A DNA stretch of 64,000 nt from Phoronis australis (lineage: Eukaryota; Animalia; Phoronida): the NCBI GenBank assembly GCA_002633005.1, contig NMRA01000041.1:1268611-1332610 (forward strand). Direction: 5' to 3'. The notes beneath the pieces were generated by a model. The model was not told the origin of the DNA. It made no database searches and worked only from the letters and a program-made list of their open reading frames with translations. Below are positions 52,230 to 64,000 of this stretch, piece by piece (position 1 is the first letter of the stretch; every line of letters begins with the position of its first letter). The translations under genes and the position numbers were made by a program.

Positions 52230-53260
52230 TTAATGTCAGCAGCAAAACTTGATGAGAATATAGACCTAAGCATCACGACACAGGCACGCTCAAGTCAAGG
52301 CCTCTTCCAAGTGGCATCTGAAAAAGATCACCTCCTGCACAAAGAAATAGGAGTGGATAAGGGTAGCCGACTGAAACGCACGGACGATCTTGGATGGCTC
52401 AGGCGGAGGATGGGGTTGCTTCGGGGTGTGCAGGACTGCCGTGGGAGCATAAGGAGATACAAAGAGTGGATACCTATGAGGGACACATTGGCTACTCCTG
52501 CAGTGCACAAAGGTTTTCATCACACTGGGACGGGAATGCCGAGAACGCAGTGGAATAGTTGTGAACACTCCGGTCCCTCTGCACTCAAGAGAACACCAAA
52601 CCAATTAGGGATGCCATTTCACAGATGGGTCAGTCATCAGGGCCGGGTGTCAAAGCAGGCTGGGGATTCACAACACGCGTGGGAGGTCGGTCGGGTGTGT
52701 TGCAGAGCAAAGTGGTCCATACTTGATCAGTGATGACAACCAGCAGCACGCGGATGGAAGAGCAGGAAGCCACGACAGCAGCTCTCGGATGGCTCCGCAC
52801 TACCAGCTACACAGGGGCAGTGATTGCTACACGGACTCGCAGAACATAATAAGCAAAATCAAGAGTGGCTTCATTAAACACCTGGTGAGGTTGTTTACCC
52901 ATGGACACGCTGGAGTGACGGGGAATGAAAGAGCAGATGACCTGGCAGGAAAGCCAGAACTTTTGAAAGATGTCACTTGCCGAGAAGGATGTTTTGATGG
53001 CACTGAAACTGAAAGACCAGGAGATGAAGGCTCCCTCAGAAAGCACCACCCTGGAAAGACTAATTGAGCTTCATGTTGTCAGAGGAAGCGGCATCAGAAC
53101 CACCTTACGTGGAGAAAGTAGATACTGGATTAACCAGCTCAACATGGGAACCGTCAGCAGTGTGACTCTTTCTTGGCTATACTGCAGGGAAGGACTGAGC
53201 ACTTGTGGACTTGTCCAATGTGCAGCGAGGTCTGCCCCTGAGACAATGACAATGACAACT
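52230..53260 (+). mobile_element. 5'-truncated, frameshifted non-LTR retrotransposon with an RNase H domain
   Basis: Across frames: LGRECRE, IFTDGSV, TDSQNIISKIKSG, GHAGVTGNERADDLA (RNase H acidic motifs); 3' tail (gacaat)n at about 53241-53258. Confidence 0.85.
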
Positions 53261-53289
53261 AGAAAGATTATTGTCACGGCGTGACAATA

Positions 53290-54580
53290 ACGGACTCTGC
53301 GCGTACGTATTACTGGAATTATTATGGGAAGTTACTGACAGCAACCCGTTTACCAATATGAAAATGAATTCTTTAAAATTGTAGGAGAAATTACATATTA
53401 ATTTTTTATGACCTTTCCACTAATTGACCTCTTCCGGTGCATTATGAGCCCCGATGAGGGAGTAATTGTTAACTCGATTAAAAGTGTGGTTAATGCTAAT
53501 AATCACAGATGTTTTACTTTAAGCACTTCAGAATACAAAATGAATGAAGTGGTCAAACTTTCAGAAGAAAAATGCACCTGATGACCCCATGGGTGCACCA
53601 AATGACCTGAAAATTTAGAATTCAAACTCAATCGCACTTAGTAAACAGATACGTAATTCTGAAGTCTCTAGCTCAAAATTTTAGTTTGCACTCAATGACC
53701 TTTGACCTATTTTTTCTGGTTGGTTAGGCCTATTGCAAAGTAAAATAGGGTATTCAATTGGTATGTTGACTTACACCAGTGTGCTAAAATTGAAAAGAAT
53801 TCCTTGAAAAACGTAAGACATATAACATTTTGAACGTTACATGACCTTTGCACAAATTGACCTTGTCCGGTGCATTTTAAACATCTTCAGGAGAATTATT
53901 GCAAAGCCCATGGAAAATGTGTTTTACGCTGAGAATCACAGTTGTCTAACGGTTGACACATCAGAATACTTGCTGATTGAAAAGGTCAGAAGAAAAATGC
54001 ACCTAATGACCCCATGTTTTCACTAAATGACCTGAAACTTTGGATTCCGATTTGATTTACCTGTGGCAATCAGACCTGTCAAGTTGAAGTGTCTAGCTCA
54101 AAATTTTAGTTTGCACCTAATGACCTTTGACCTATTTCACCTCATTGGATGACCCGATTACTTAGAAAAGTAATTTTTTAAATTGTCATGTTGATATATA
54201 CCTGTGCACCGAATTTGAAAAAGATAGCTTTAAAACTGAATGAGAAGTAGCATTTTAAAAATTATATGACCTTTGCACCAAACGACCCCTTCCGGTGCAA
54301 TATGGAATATGATTATATAACCAATCAAAATTTATGTACTGTCAAAAGTCATATGCTGAATTTAAAGACCGTACCTGCACCCAATTTGGAGTTATTAAGC
54401 CTCAAAGTTGGTCGGAAGAAGAATAAGAATAAGAAGAATAAAATTGAAGAAAACCCAGGAACAACAGTACTCTGCGCTTACACGCGCAGAGTAATAAGAA
54501 GAATAAGAATAAGAATAAAACTGAAGAAAACCCAGGAACAACAGTACTCTGCGCTTACATGTACACGCGCAGAGTAATAA
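53290..54580 (-). mobile_element. Helentron/HINE-like element with a ~430-bp internal tandem repeat and duplicated terminal hairpin
   Basis: actctgcgcgt at 53294 is inverted relative to the hairpins actctgcgc..gcgcagagt (about 54469-54493 and 54546-54575). (AAGAAT)n microsatellite. atgaccttt...ccggtgca units at about 53408, 53841 and 54266. Confidence 0.7.
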
Positions 54581-54581
54581 A

Positions 54582-54920
54582 ACCTAGTTCACGCCGACAG
54601 GAGGCGCGTTCCAAAACGAGGCTCGCTACGATAGCTCAACTGTTGGCTTTTTTTTCGGTATTGTTGTATTCTGCGTTGCCCGAACGGCGATCAAAAATAT
54701 ACGGACACTCAACTTTCTGTTTTACAATCTCTATGGACTTTTCGGAAGCGTTGGGTCGTTGCCATACACCGCGATGAAAGAAAATATTTCCGTGTAAAAT
54801 TTATAAATATTTCGAAAAGTTAGATCATATTTTGTCGCATCTCGGTTGCCGAGCATCATAGCAACGACCGGTAAATCTTCAGGCAGCCAGGTTGTGTTTT
54901 CATGAAGTGACTACGGGTTG
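54582..54920 (+). repeat. Interspersed repeat (second copy 63646-63980)
   Basis: Shared ttcacgccgacaggaggcg...ccaaaacgaggctcgctacga...tagatcatattttgtcgcatct. Confidence 0.85.
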
Positions 54921-55304
54921 AGACATGATGCATTTTTCTTTTCAAATGGACAGCTAGCCGCTCTCAATCCCTCGATTCTGGGGCCGAATATCGGCCCTAT
55001 TTCCCTCTCAAAAATATTGAAAAATCTCCCGAAATCACCCCCAATTAATGAGGCCTAAAAATTCCCCTAGTGATTGGAAATTTAACTCCGAAGTTCAAAT
55101 TACCTGTAACCACACAGGTGACAATTTGAAAGAGCATAATTTGTTACTTGAGATAGAGCTTATGAGAGCTTGCAACAGGGCGAGAGGCGATAGTTTTTCC
55201 CCTCACTCGGCGAAAAAACTCCCCTCGGATAAACGTGCCCCTTGAAGAAACATGATAACTATGCTTGCTCTACCCAGTTAACTGAAATTGAGCTCTAAAA
55301 CCAG

Positions 55305-55455
55305 GCCTGCGTTCAGTAACGCTAGGACCTACGTCAGGACCTAGCTAAAATCTAGTTTTAGTCACGTGTTCTCACTTAAGATACACGGAAATATCTCACG
55401 TAATCTCGCGAAGTCTTGCTTTTTAGCGAGGTCTTAGCGTTACTGAACGGGAGGC
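55305..55455. mobile_element. Harbinger-like MITE family C
   Basis: TIR cgttcagtaacgctaggacct / aggtcttagcgttactgaacg. Confidence 0.75.
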
Positions 55456-55552
55456 AGGTTATGCTATGGACGGACCAATTGGAGTGTTTAAATTTTAAAA
55501 TTCAACTTGGTCTCCAGATCGATATTTGAAACCTAACACATCAGTGAAATAG

Positions 55553-55944
55553 ACATTACGGCGTTTTCCGGTTGCTCCCAACTCGTTCAATAGTCCAACA
55601 ACAAGTTGGGAAGATCACCTCTGTAGCCAATGTCTTATGACACGACTGATTTACACCATTCTGGCATTTACGAGCTCTCTCGAAAATTGCTCTTATCTCT
55701 AATAAGGTCGTATCTAGCCTGACTGGGCTATGCTTATAAAAATAAAAGTTAAGTTATAAAATATTTGAACATAAACCAATAGCATTTCTGAAATCCTCGT
55801 CAAATGGTGATCATGTTTAGTTTTTGAATCGCCAAAATCTCCCAACTACGACAATCTATTCTTTCCGAACGTACCAATTCGCTCTGGCATGTTTGACTGT
55901 GTTCACACGTGGTCTGTAATAAGCTTGGTAGATATAATTGGCCT
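55553..55944 (-). repeat. Interspersed repeat, inverted partner at 50992-51410
   Basis: See partner. Confidence 0.85.
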
Positions 55945-57573
55945 ACACTCGTCTCAGATCTATGACATGGGCAAAACTTCATCTTGGAAATTTTGTGAAA
56001 ATCCCTCGACGAGCTTTTGGTATTTTGACGAAATTTCCAAGAGGTTTTACCCATTTCATAAACCTGAGACGAATGTAGGATTCTCTATGTATGCCCACAG
56101 CAAACATCGCCGGCAATGCAAAAAACATCAAAATTACACAGAATAGGCAATTTCCTGACACTCATAGTACACCACGACTCGCATGCAACTACTAGGCCGC
56201 CAGAAGACAACAAATTCAGAATGCAAAAACACTCCCCATTCTGAAAAATGGAAGGAAAATGGGTGTCTACCAAACGGTTTTTTGAAAAGTCTGAGGTGTA
56301 CCTGAATTTCCAGCCCAGAACTTAATTGCCTTGACTACAGAAAGTGGTAGAATGTTTCCAATGCGTGCCACCAAAATGTCCACTCGGCAGCCAATCCAGC
56401 AGACCCCAATTTCTCATGAAAGAGGCCAGTGCCAGTGAATTCGACTGTGGCTCGAAAAATGCTACTTAGTGCCGCCTAACTAAGGTGCAAGACACTAAGG
56501 TCACGAAAAAATCATAAGTCGATGATTTTCTAATCTTGGCTGAGGTCCAAAATTGTGCTCGGAAAGACTTTTAGTTTTATAACAGCGGTAAACATTATAC
56601 AATGGTACGTGATTTGATATAAAACTTCAATGCTTTTGAACTAGATTAACCCTGTGAGATAAGGAACTTTACTCCTTTCTTGCTATCATTATTTTTGTGC
56701 GGTCATACTAATGGGAAAAAGGCAAACCTCTTGAAATATCTATAGGTGAAGGACGTCATCTCCATACATTTCCTACTGCGATGGATAAACTGTGGCTGCG
56801 TGGTCGTTGGCTGCGACTCAGATAGAAGCGGTAGAATTTCGATCTCTGTCGATGTCAAAAAGCTAATAAAAGTAAATTAGTGACACTTAAACAGAGGGGG
56901 GGGGGGTTGTTGACGATGGTATGTATTCCTCTTTTTTAGATTAATGAGCCACTGTATGCAGCGGCGAATTTTCCATCAAATCTGAGCCTGGATCCCGGCA
57001 GCAGAAGTCGCTTTCTCGCTTTCATCAATATAGAGAGCGTGGGTATGAAAAGTCCCCTATTGAGTAAGTTTTGTCGTACATGAAGAAGACGGACGGAATT
57101 CAAAAATTGTCACCTAAACCTGAACATGAAAAACGTGAACGTAAACAGCGAGAGTATATAGACGTCTTAGATTGGACTCGTAATCAAACATTCAGTTTCA
57201 AAAATGGCCCCTTCTATGTTTTTATTGAAGCCTACTAAGGCTTCCTTCGGAGCAGCGTTGGCAATAGCCATAAATAACTTGTCAAACGATAGTTATTGCC
57301 GGGAGCTGGCGAATAACTTAGCCTAAAGAGTGTTTCGTAGACCTAGTTCACTTGCGAGAAAAGCAAGACCCAAAAAGGTCACGTGATATGTATGATTTAG
57401 CTTACAGGGCTTCTCAAAGAGAATTATGTAATACTGAACTATTGCTCACTCGTATAGTGCTATTGTCAAAATGCTTTTGTCATTCGCGACAGCAAACAGT
57501 TAGTGAAAATGGCTCGATTATTCCGCAGGTTTGTGCTTTGTGTGCACTTGCCCACTACTAAGACAACTTCAAA

Positions 57574-58479
57574 ATGGCGATGCAGCTGTCTCCAGAGGAA
57601 ATCGGACGTTTCCTAGAGGTTATTGGTGTTAGTCTTGAGGATTGCAAGAAACTGGACAAGGCTGCGTGTTTGAAACGTATAATTACAGCCTTTAGTCACA
57701 ACATCCCGTTTACCAATATCAATCTATTAATGATTCCTAAGGATCAGAGGCGTACTCCAAGCTGGGACACTATCAAAGAGAATATTATGAGCCGACGTGG
57801 TGGTTTGTGTTACGAGCTGCATTCCTTCCTGTCCGCGCTGCTGGCAGGGTTGGGTTTCCATACCTACTGCGGTCTAGCGCGCATAGCGAACGACAAGTAT
57901 GGACGGCATGTGATTCTTATTGTTAAGGATCTAAAGGAGGAGGGAGACACCTTTTTGGTGGATGTAGGACTTGGACGTCCATCTTTTGATGCATTCAATT
58001 TGGATTTTGAGGTGGAATCTCCATGTTATCAGCATTGCAATGTGTTGTGCAAATATGCCAAAGTTGGTGATCATTATGTTCGTAGACAGTTCGTAAGTAA
58101 GACGGATCCATACTTCAAAGTTACTGAAAGTTCCCAGTGGATGAATTTTTACACTTTCGACCTAGATGCGATTTCACTGAATGAGTATACTCCCTGGTTT
58201 AATGAGACAGCCTTCCTGTACAGAAAAGGTAGTCCATTGCACCACTTAGCGTTTGCAGTCATTTGTCCTCCGGGATTGTCTTTCGAACTCAAAGAAACCA
58301 GCAACGGAATAATAGTGTATGAAGGTACGAGTGGAGAAACAGCCTACAGAAAACGTAATGTGAATTCTGTTGCTGAACTGAAGACTGTTGTTGAACAATA
58401 CTTTCCTTCTTTTTCTTGGTCAGATCTGGAATGCATTCTTAGTAACGGACTGAAGTTTTTGGTCAAATCACGGCTTTGA
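57574..58479 (+). CDS. Arylamine N-acetyltransferase (NAT family), intronless ORF, 301 aa
   Basis: RRGGLCYE (Cys79), RHVILIV (His112) and FLVDVGLG (Asp130) form the catalytic triad; IPFTNI corresponds to PFENL. Kozak-like aaaATGg and an upstream acceptor ttccgcag at 57527-57528. Confidence 0.95.
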   Translation: MAMQLSPEEIGRFLEVIGVSLEDCKKLDKAACLKRIITAFSHNIPFTNINLLMIPKDQRRTPSWDTIKENIMSRRGGLCYELHSFLSALLAGLGFHTYCGLARIANDKYGRHVILIVKDLKEEGDTFLVDVGLGRPSFDAFNLDFEVESPCYQHCNVLCKYAKVGDHYVRRQFVSKTDPYFKVTESSQWMNFYTFDLDAISLNEYTPWFNETAFLYRKGSPLHHLAFAVICPPGLSFELKETSNGIIVYEGTSGETAYRKRNVNSVAELKTVVEQYFPSFSWSDLECILSNGLKFLVKSRL

Positions 58480-59162
58480 CTCATTTAGTCAGTGGTAGGA
58501 TTTCTATATAATTATATACTATAACCACAAATATGACACAAAATTGTTGTATTACAATTTGGTAGTGCCAGCTCGAGCCTTGTATGTGTTTATGGTGACT
58601 GTAATCAACATTTTTGATTAGAAGTTAGAACAGAGCCGGGTCTTATAATTAATGAACTTAAAAGTAATAATCTCACTACTGGCAATAATGTACCACGCCA
58701 TCATTGAGCGTATGATAGCAACGGTGTTAATTGTGTGCAAGTCAAACTTAAACAGTTTCTTTTTACAAAATTGTATCGTATGCCTCCATAGTACATACAT
58801 ACACACATTCATACATATATGTATACGCATTTTTATTTATACTCAAATCAACATTGAACATTAAGTGGATAGTGGATCGATGCGAAGTAATAGTTGCAGT
58901 TAGATATTTACAGTACTTACAAAGACTATGATAAATTATTAGACATTTACAAAGTAGTACAGGAAGAGATAACCCGCAGGAAGGGACAACTAGCTAAACC
59001 GCAGTTTTTGGTCTGCTTCCTCAAACTAATTTCAGGACCACAGAAGGATATAAATAAACTCACTTTGCAACATTTAACACACGAGTGAGAAACAACATGA
59101 CCGCCGGTCCTCTAAATCGGACTCGGACTCGCCCAAAACAGGACCTCCGGAGATCAAATGGG

Positions 59163-59344
59163 ACCGTCGCACCAGAAAATGGGACTGACGCACCTAAAAA
59201 CATGACCGCCCCACCAGAAAACAGGACCGCCGGACAATATGCGGTTTCAATCAACGGCGGTCATGTTCAGTCCCCGGCGGTCCTGTTTTCTGGTGGGGCG
59301 GTCATGCTTTTAGGTGCGTCAGTCCCATTTTCTGGTGCGACGGT
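59163..59344. repeat. Near-perfect ~70-bp-arm inverted repeat (MITE-like hairpin)
   Basis: accgtcgcaccagaaaatgggactgacgcacctaaaa... at 59163-59233 versus its reverse complement at 59274-59344. Confidence 0.85.
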
Positions 59345-59399
59345 ATTCGCAACCACCCACGCGCAGTCACGGGTATTAATTAAATTTTCCCTTACAAAA

Positions 59400-60150
59400 A
59401 TGAACTTAAGTTTTCATCGAAAAACTTAAGTTTTTTGGTCTGAAAAACTTAAGTTTTCATTCACGAAAACTTCAAGTTTTTGGCGAAAACTTAAGTATTT
59501 TGGAACAAGTTTTTTGGAACGAACTTAAGTTTTCATAACTAAAGTTTTCAAAAACTTAAGTTTTTCAAAAACTTAAGTTCTGAAAACTTAAGTTTTTCAA
59601 AAACTTAAGTTCTGAAAACTTAAGTTTTTCAAAAACTTAAATTTTCTGTATTTTGGAACAAGTTTTTTGGAACGAACTTAAGTTTTCATAACTTAAGTTT
59701 TCAAAAACTTAAGTTTTTCAAAAACTTAAGTTCTGAAAACTTAAGTTTTTCAAAAACTTAAGTTCTGAAAACTTAAGTTTTTCAAAAACTTAAATTTTCT
59801 GTATTTTGGAACAAGTTTTTTGGAACGAACTTAAGTTTTCATAACTTAAGTTTTCAAAAACTTAAGTTTTTCAAAAACTTAAGTTCTGAAAACTTAAGTT
59901 TTTCAAAAACTTAAATTTTCTGAAAACTTAAGTTATGAAAACTTAAGTTCGTTCCAAAAAACTTGTTCCAAAATACTTAAGTTTTTGGAAAACTTAAGTT
60001 TCAGAAACTTAAGTTTTTGAAAAACTTAAGTTTTGGAACAAGTTTTTGGTAACAAACATAAGTCATCAAAACTTAAGTTTTTGAAAACTAAGTTTTCCGA
60101 ACATAAGTTTTCAAGGAACTAACTTTTGAAAACTGAAGTTTTCTAAAAGC
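59400..60150. repeat. Subterminal array of the palindrome AAAACTTAAGTTTT with a 153-bp higher-order period
   Basis: tattttggaacaagttttttggaacg at 59496, 59649 and 59802; inverted copy at about 59925-59980. Confidence 0.95.
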
Positions 60151-61689
60151 AATAAGTTTCAATAAGACAGGCATTCAAAAATTTCGACTTTCACTAAAAC
60201 AAGAGTGGAGTACAGTAACAAATTTAATGAATCTCACAAAGATTTAACAAACTAGAGTTATATTAACATTTCATTAACAGTGATTATTTGCAGAAAATAA
60301 AATGCACTTCCTAAAATACACTATTTCCTTAAAATAAGTGAACATAAGTGAAATATCAAAATCTTAAAAACCATTTCAAAATCAGTTCATAAAGAGTCAT
60401 GCATACAATGCAGTGAAAACTAAATGAGGCTAATAATATAATTGTATCGTTCTCAGTCTATGACAATTATGCGATAACTGAGGGAGCAAAACGGAATGTG
60501 CAAACAGAAATCACTACCAAATCATGAAACACAACCAAAGAAAATGTGATTACATAGCCAGGAAGGACTACAACAAAAGTCTACGTTTCAACAGCAGACT
60601 TTTTCAACTATAATTACAGCAATGACACTAAGAATAACAAATCACTTAATATGCAAAATCCAAGAATATCCGCAGAGACAAAAGCATAACATAAAACGTA
60701 ACAGGTAACTAAAAGTTTATCGACAATGGCAACAGATCTGATTTTGGGAAGTACAATCCTTATACTAGAAATAGTGGTTAGAATCACCTATAATTGTTTG
60801 CAACCTTAAAAATATCAATTTAAAAGTCAAAGTTTCGTTTTCGTGACAATCATAATAACAGTAAATCCAAAACACTCCATGGTGCGAACAAGTTTCACTA
60901 AAAGTAAGTACGACCTGGTTATACGAGATGGAAATTAGAAAACTTAGACCTTTGACCACAAAAATATTCCTTTTCCTTTAATTTAAAGCTACTGAACTTC
61001 ATACACATATCTATAGGGCCTTTCATACTAACATCGACGCGTCGAAGTTTTTGGGAGTTAATGTCAGTATGAACGCTTAGATTTTGGTCCTGGAAGGAAG
61101 TTAACAGCACCAGTTAACTTCGCACTAAACAGGTGGATTTAATTGCTTAGCGTTAACGCTGCCACGCAGTATAAACGATCAACTTCGGTCCTATCGAAGT
61201 TATTGCCTGGGGCCACTGTTATCATTAACAATTGAATAGTAGTGTGATGGCTAATAGTTGCTTATACCTTGCTATAATAATCACCAATCAATTTAAAAAT
61301 AAGTTTTATGTCAATCAACACATGTCAATGTTCCCAAGTTGTCACATCTTAGCGTGCAGTGCTACCTTGCGATACCTTCGATCATGACAGCGTCACTTAC
61401 NAACCAAGGACATATTTCATATTGTTTCAAATTCAAACCCTGATAGCAGCACTATTTTTAACTCAACAATGAAACATGAAGCTCTACCTGCCATGTGGAT
61501 GTAGACAGCCCAATACCACCCCTGGGTGATTGTTTCGATGCAAATGGTTGGATGTCTAGTTCTTCCAAGTACTCCGCCAAGCTAATAGAGACCTGAAAAC
61601 AAGGAGATATTAGCAAACATAACAGTATGTGATAGCTTCTTAAGAATCCAGACATAACCCATTTACAGGGATGCTATACATGTAAAGAT

Positions 61690-61855
61690 CAGGGGCGGTC
61701 GGGTGGATCCAGGATTTTGAGTTGGGGGGCTTGGGCAGAGTAGGGTTTTGCCCATCAGACATTCACCCCCTGCCCCCCCCCAACTGCCAATTGATCTTGT
61801 AGCGTTTTAGGGGGCTGGGCCATGGCCTCTTAGCTGTCCTCTGAATCCACCATTG
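61690..61855. mobile_element. hAT-like MITE family A nested in the EnSpm-like element
   Basis: caggggcgg...aatccaccattg; perfect 5-bp TSD aagat. Confidence 0.75.
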
Positions 61856-62609
61856 AAGATACTGGCATGGTCTTCACGAGAGGTCTTATGTAACCATAAT
61901 AGTTTACAGTAAAAATAAAATTATTATCTCATGTACTACAGTAAACATAAAAATACTATATCCTGTACTCGAGTCCTACCAATCACATTACTGGCTGACA
62001 TTTGCAAAGATATTAAATTGAGGTTCCAAGCAAATTTCTAGAGGGAAAAGAATATGCCCCTACAGACATGGGGAGATCATTCTAGTCAGTCCATATTCCC
62101 CTCAACTCAACTCCTAGGTAAAGTTGTACCCAGATTAACTATCACTTTCACCATGACACTGAAATATTTGAAACCAGTCGAACTCGCACTGAATGTGAAA
62201 ATTTTAAGTGCGATATTCTAGTATCCCACAACCGGGTAAAAATTCGAAAGCACATACTCAATCCCAATGTCAAATCACACAGATTTTCCTTATTTGCATT
62301 GAATTATTTGGTGCAATTCAGATAGGAATTATGCAAGTTTCACTGTGCGTAACAATATTTAACATGTTGACTGTTGAGAGTTCACTTGGGTACATTGTGA
62401 CCTATGCCGGGGGTATTCCAGATAGGGTACTAGTAGTGGGATCGGAATGTCCTTTCGCATTCAATAACCTAGATCTTCCCGACGGCGACAAACCTGAGCA
62501 AATCAGTTAAAATAGGCAATACAATAGTTACATTGGTGATTCTTAANAATCAGTCAAAATAGGCAATACAATAGTTACATTGGTGATTCTTAATTTTGAG
62601 AACCAGGCA

Positions 62610-62849
62610 CATGCGCGCACCCACGCGAGGCTCGAACGAGCACCCCCCCCCACTTGCCGAAGTAGGCATGAAAAGGTCAGCCTCATAGAACCAAAAAAAA
62701 TTGAGAAAACGAGACACATGTCCACTAAAAAGCTGTAATTCAGGAATGCACTGTGCACAGCTCTGAACATACCCTATTTTTTTAGTAAAAGGTCAACATG
62801 CCCAAAATTTTTAGCACCCCCCATATATTTTAGGATGGGTGCGTGGATG
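62610..62849. mobile_element. hAT-like MITE family B nested in the EnSpm-like element
   Basis: catgcgcgcaccc...gggtgcgtggatg; perfect 5-bp TSD aggca. Confidence 0.75.
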
Positions 62850-63056
62850 AGGCAAGTGAACCTTGCAAATTATTGACCTGTATGAGATTTAAAAATCAGG
62901 AGCTTCCGAGAATTACTACGAACATAGACATAAGCACACACAACCAATGCCAAATTTCAGCGAAAAACTTAAGTTCATTTTTGTAAGGGTTACGCTGTTG
63001 CGTCGAAGTATACATGCATTTAGATGGTGCAGTAGTCAAGTTCTCCCTCTAACCTG

Positions 63057-63197
63057 GGGTGCGTTCAGTAACGCTGGGTCCTACGCTGGGACCTAACTAA
63101 AATCTAGCCAAAGTCACATGTTCTGATTTGAAATACACAGCAATATCTCATGTAATCTCGCGATGATAGCGAGGTCATAGAGTTACTGAACGGGAGC
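63057..63197. mobile_element. Harbinger-like MITE family C
   Basis: cgttcagtaacgct...agttactgaacg. Confidence 0.7.
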
Positions 63198-63645
63198 TTG
63201 GTTCCCGGACCTCTCACGCTGACGTCACGGATAGCTTGTGAAGGCCCTCGCTGGTTCCCTACCGGGCAGAATGGGGAATGTTGGCCAAGACCCTTTTGTC
63301 CACCTGACGTCACACACATGCTGGCGCCCCAAGTGGAGGTCATGAGGACTCGTAAACCGAGTTAACACTGATTTAGCCTATTTACGGACGTTGGAGTCAC
63401 AGACAGATTTTGATATCGTGACTTCCGTCAATCCTCAAAATCTAAGAATTAAGAATGTAGTTGTGATATGTTACATGGTGAATTCTAAGGTTGCGGTGTG
63501 AGGAGCAGGTCAGCAAGCGGTTCTGCGATGCCTAGCTCATCCGCCTTGACGTTGAATGAGATGCCACAGTGTCATGGCATATAAACACCGGTGAAGAGAC
63601 CATTAACAGAGCTGAACAGAGGGATCCAGGAATCTTCCACATAGA

Positions 63646-63980
63646 CCCTATTCACGCCGACAGGAGGCGTGTAACTTCCAAAACGAGGCTCGCTACGACA
63701 GCTATGTTAGCTTATCGGCATAGGAGTCTGTGTTTCAGTCCGTGTTGTTCCGCGAACGGCTAGAAAAAATACGGACACGCAACTGTCTGCTTTACAATCT
63801 CTAAAGACCTTGAGATTTGGAAGCGTTGGGTCGTTGCCATATGCCGCGACGAAGCAAAATATGTCAGTGTAAAATAAATGTTTTCGAAAAGTAGATCATA
63901 TTTTGTCGCATCTTGGTCAGTTGTCAAGCATCATAGTAACGACCAGAGAATGGGCCAGCCAGGCAGTATTTTCATGACTA
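63646..63980 (+). repeat. Interspersed repeat (copy of 54582-54920)
   Basis: Direct similarity to 54582-54920. Confidence 0.85.
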
Positions 63981-64000
63981 CAGATTTGGGGGGGGGGGGG

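Larger units (their letters stand above)
59389..62989 (-). mobile_element. CMC-EnSpm (CACTA)-like deletion derivative
   Basis: TIRs cccttacaaaaatgaacttaagtttt / aaaacttaagttcatttttgtaaggg; 2-bp flanks tt/tt; subterminal palindrome array. Decayed exon-like pieces (SLAEYLEELDIQPF; VFWIYCYY..LIFLRLQTIIG) are reminiscent of the animal EnSpm accessory ORF. Confidence 0.75.

Noticed and set aside
57574-58479. Horizontal transfer or bacterial contamination as the explanation for the intronless NAT
   Set aside because: Animal NAT ORFs are commonly intronless. The gene has a splice acceptor and Kozak context and is embedded among host TEs. HGT cannot be claimed without a phylogeny.
62501-62593. 46-bp direct repeat
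   Set aside because: It flanks a single N, so it is a contig overlap artefact.

Overview
This is eukaryotic, AT-rich, intron-containing DNA from a draft assembly with N gaps, most likely a marine invertebrate. It is not prokaryotic, and most ORFs in the supplied track are spurious. Manual splice-aware reading gives three intact genes. (1) A secreted DUF3105/TP53I13-like gene with 9 coding exons (minus, 7158-15817, 299 aa, GC-AG first coding intron). (2) A 6-exon CENP-O kinetochore gene (minus, 39040-47246, 282 aa). (3) A single-exon arylamine N-acetyltransferase ORF (plus, 57574-58479). There is also a decayed type-I membrane receptor pseudogene (minus, about 22.9-32.0 kb). The rest is transposon-rich: PIF/Harbinger-like, Kolobok-like, CMC-EnSpm-like, Helentron/HINE-like, LINE remnants, and two hAT-like MITE families with 5-bp TSDs. 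A 2.4-kb tandem duplication across an N is probably an allelic assembly artefact. The most notable signals are paired copies differing by TA -> TACATGTA insertions (Tc1/mariner-like excision footprints), a HINE carrying about 9 co-oriented CTCF-like motifs at roughly 145-bp spacing, and a ~580-bp inverted repeat pair bracketing the whole DUF3105 transcription unit. I cannot demonstrate a new biological system from the sequence alone.
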